Made by a program: the position numbers and the translations under genes. 64,000 bases of DNA from Perkinsus chesapeaki ATCC PRA-425 (Eukaryota > Protista > Perkinsozoa), in NCBI GenBank assembly GCA_013115145.1, contig JAAPAO010000014.1, forward strand, positions 1 through 64,000. Direction: 5' to 3'. Position 1 is the first letter of the stretch, and each line of letters begins with the position of its first letter. The notes below the pieces were generated by a model, which saw only the letters and a list, made by a program, of their open reading frames with translations, was not told where the DNA came from and ran no database searches. This document shows, one piece after another, positions 60,770-64,000 of the stretch.

Positions 60770-63700
60770 CTAGAGGTACCTGCCAAATACCGTTCAACGT
60801 CACAGAGGTGTGAATTGCAGCAGTAAGTGCCTCTTACAGACTAGCACTGAAAACTATTCCCCTTCGAAGTTTAGTTCTGCCCTCCACCATCTTCTCTTCG
60901 AGCTCCTTATGACCAATTAGCTTCGCAGCCATACCTGTCAAATGTCAGTATTATGCCATCTACTCACAGTACTGATCATTAACAGGAGCAGTGCTGGAGT
61001 GGTACGTATGACACTATTGAAGAAGGAGACCTTGGAAGAATTCTTACAAACTTATCGCATCAAAGAATATAAAGTACTTCTACATGGCAAATCGGTATGG
61101 AAATAGCTTAACTACTTTTGACGCTCGAGAAAGAGCAGCCCCCCCCAAACTTACCGAGCTCTCGTAGGAGTTCCTCTAGACGTCTCATAACTCGTACCAC
61201 ACTTCCTTCATACATCTCGCAGGTCTGCATAATATCCTTGAAGGGTTTGCCCTCCATCCAGGCCACCACAGCTGGGACCAGTTGCGGTCGGATATGGTCC
61301 TCTACATAGGTGCTGGTATCGACGCCAGCAACCTTGCACTCCTGCAAGCCAGGTGGAACAGGTAGGCAGCATTCCCACTCAAACGCTTACCGCCATAACA
61401 GTCGCTACGTCCTGAGCAATGACCTTCATCTTGTCCAAGGCCTTCGCGAGATCAGCGTTGTCCGGTGTCCTGAGAGAGCAACTCCTCCGGGCGCTGTCTG
61501 ACAGTCCACAAGCTTACGTGGCATCCTCCGACTTCTCGTCGAGAATCAAACATGAGCAAAGCGCGGCGATATGCTCAGGCTGATCACAGAACAACTTGGA
61601 CGATGCAACTGACAACAACGCTGGCAACCTACCGACATCCCCTCGAAGACGTTATTGAAGACGAGCTCAGTAATGAGTATCTCATCACAGGAGGATATCT
61701 CGCAGGCCAGCTTGCCCTAATGGTAAATAGATTCTCATCAGCAACTTTCGCGCCCCCCACCTTCTCGAGGACCACATTGTTTCTGTCAATGAATCCCAGA
61801 CGTCTCAGCACGCGTTTCATCGATCGAAGCTCATCGCGGAGAATCTGCCGAAAGTAATACCAACCTAATCGGGCCTGCAAACTCACCACTGCGTTCTGAT
61901 TCTTTATGATATCCGCACATTTAGTCTGCTCCTCGTGGAGATGCACCCGCTTGGTGAACAAGTCCATAAGCCTGGACGACCGTAATAATTGAGAATCCTA
62001 CAAGCTGCTGCTCCTCCTACTGAGATCGCTCAGCCTCGGGCACCGTCATTAGGCGGTTCGACAACTTAGCGTTTTCTGCATTCTTTATTTTCTTCGCCAC
62101 CTCACCAAACTCCTCGCTGTCAATCTTCATCTCGTTAATCGGGTCCAGTTCCGGCAAGCCATGAGCCTTGAAGTTGTCATGATTTAGCTGACAACAACAG
62201 CAACACCTTATCCTTCCATCCTCGACCATAATGCCCTACAATGGCCTTAAGCATGTTCTTGCATTGTGTCTTGACAGCCTCAGTTCTGTTATGTGGCTCC
62301 TGGACAGCCTGCGGTAGCTGTCCCCTTATCCTGCTAATCTTGTGCAATGAACGCAATGGGACGCTACGGACGACTCCTTCCTCTGAATAATAGGATACAA
62401 CTACTCCTGCTATACCACAGTGCAGGTGTGCGTGGACGATCAGCAACCACAGATGGAAAATGCGGATACACTATAGGTATCATACGCACTTAAGGAACCA
62501 CCAGGAAGAGCGCGAGCGAGCATCTCTAACCACGCTCCATATCGGCACGTTATTACCATCAATACAATCAACAACATAACTGTTCTCAATATCAGCAGCT
62601 CCTTTATCATCAGCTAACTTATCACATTTGATAACCATAGCCCAGTCACCTATACCAACATACACCCAACATACGGAGCAATACCACCACCACCATCCTT
62701 ACCATCCTTTGCCAAGCTGATTAGCCTTCCTGGGTTCATAAACGGTATTGCGTACTTCGGCAAGGTAATGATCTTCCGTCTCTCCTCCATAGCATTGTCC
62801 AAATCCTGGTCGGCTTGGAATGCGTCCGTGAGAGCCTGAAGATCGACTAATACTTCTCATCCAGCCGGCTCGAAACGATACCATTTTGACGTCGAAGTTC
62901 ATCTTCTTCGATGCCTCCGATGTGACCTTGTTGAGCTCCTCTGTGGCATCTTCGAGCTTGTGGCTCAACTCGGCATTCTGAGGAGGGTCATGTGCTGCCT
63001 TCCGAGACCACGGGCATCTCTGATCTCACCTTCTCCTTGGCAGCAATGCATCCCTTGTCCTTCTGAAACTGTGAAAAGCTTCTCTCTAGTAGGTAGTTAG
63101 GATCCACACCTGACTGCATAAGTAACCCTCAAAGGTCAACAAGGGTATCACCTTCCAAGCGAAGCATGTTAAGTAGCATATTGTAGCCAAGATAGAACTG
63201 ACTGTCAAGTCGACTTGCGTCACCTGAGGCCACCGCCGCCGCCATCATCACTACTACAGCAACACTCCCACTCTACCAAGGAACATCTCCTTCGCAGTGT
63301 TAGGCTCAACCTTATCGGTCAACATAATGATAACAAGACCCTTGTCATCCTTGCCTCTTCGACCTACATGGACAAACTCTACAAGGAAGTCCGGCAAATA
63401 TAGCTTACCGGCGCGGCCAGCCATCTGGATGTACTCCCCACTATTTAGCGTCCTTCGTTCGATACCGTCCCACTTCTGAACCTAAGAGGGACAGGAAGAT
63501 ACCCTTTGAGGGGCCTGAGTGGCAGCAGCAGCAGCACCTACCGAAGTAAAGACGACAGTCTTAGCAGGCATGTTGACACCCATGGCGAAGGTCTCTGTGC
63601 AGAACAGGACCTGAGGGAAATTGTCGACGGAATTTGGACCGGCGCCGGCCGAGTTGTGTATCTTGCACGCACCTTGATAAGATTCTCCTGGAATAGAATC

Positions 63701-64000
63701 TCCACAATCTCCTTTAAGATAGGCAGGAGGCCACCATGATGGATACCGATGCCTCTTGACAAGAAGCCGAGCATGGACTGGATCTGCTGAAGCTCTCTAT
63801 CCTCCGGACCTTGAAGAGCAAAGGTAACCCCGTCATTAAACAGTACCGCAGCTCACTTAAAGTGGCCATTGCATTCTCAAAGACATCACCAATAAGAGCC
63901 TTCTCATCCTGGGTAACAAGATCGATATTACGCAATACCAATGCATTTTGTTCACACTCCTTCTTGCTGAAGGCGAACACTATAACCTATAAATAATCCA
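60770..64000 (-). CDS. MTR4: Ski2-like nuclear exosome RNA helicase, 3' part (5' end beyond the window)
   Basis: [77 protein letters not shown], and spliced C-terminus GIVFSASL|YL* (TAG at 60770-60772), typical of MTR4. Confidence 0.92.

Noticed and set aside
60935-61155. Intronic snoRNA in the long last-but-one MTR4 intron
   Set aside because: No box C (RUGAUGA) / box D pair and no H/ACA hairpin pattern visible.
1-64000. Spliced-leader RNA gene or SL relics (CCGTAGCCAT(C/T)TTGGCTCAAG-like)
   Set aside because: No convincing match seen by eye on either strand; only fragments of 10 nt or less. A computational search could still find degenerate relics.

Overview
Eukaryotic, intron-rich protist DNA, not a prokaryotic window. 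Short 40-60 nt GT-AG introns, an alveolate-type myosin (motor + IQ + coiled coil + WD40) and intronless secreted hydrolases (subtilisin, pepsin-like protease, purple acid phosphatases) suggest Perkinsus or a close perkinsid; this is an inference from gene content and style. Genes fall into five co-directional blocks. Minus (0.8-10.7 kb): orphan beta-rich protein, LRR protein, asparagine-synthetase-like amidotransferase fused to a PLOD-type glycosyltransferase. Plus (11.3-13.3 kb): subtilisin fragment and intact subtilisin. Minus (14-37.2 kb): large hypothetical gene, MyoF-like myosin, three tandem orphan secreted paralogs. Plus (38.3-55.5 kb): HMG-box gene, hypothetical gene, PAP1, STPG1-like gene, aspartyl protease, PAP2, STPG fragment, deleted PAP3. 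Minus (55.7-64 kb): coiled-coil gene, PHD/ePHD gene, sucrose/SLC45-type transporter, MTR4 (5' end outside the window). Best leads: the amidotransferase-glycosyltransferase fusion, a CpG-depleted ~270-bp catalytic cassette shared almost unchanged by otherwise divergent PAP paralogs, similar CpG-free patches in single-copy genes, a mosaic orphan secreted family, and a 35-bp minisatellite just upstream of the myosin ATG whose units each resemble a 3' splice acceptor. Exon structures were read by eye, so boundaries of multi-exon genes are approximate unless stated.
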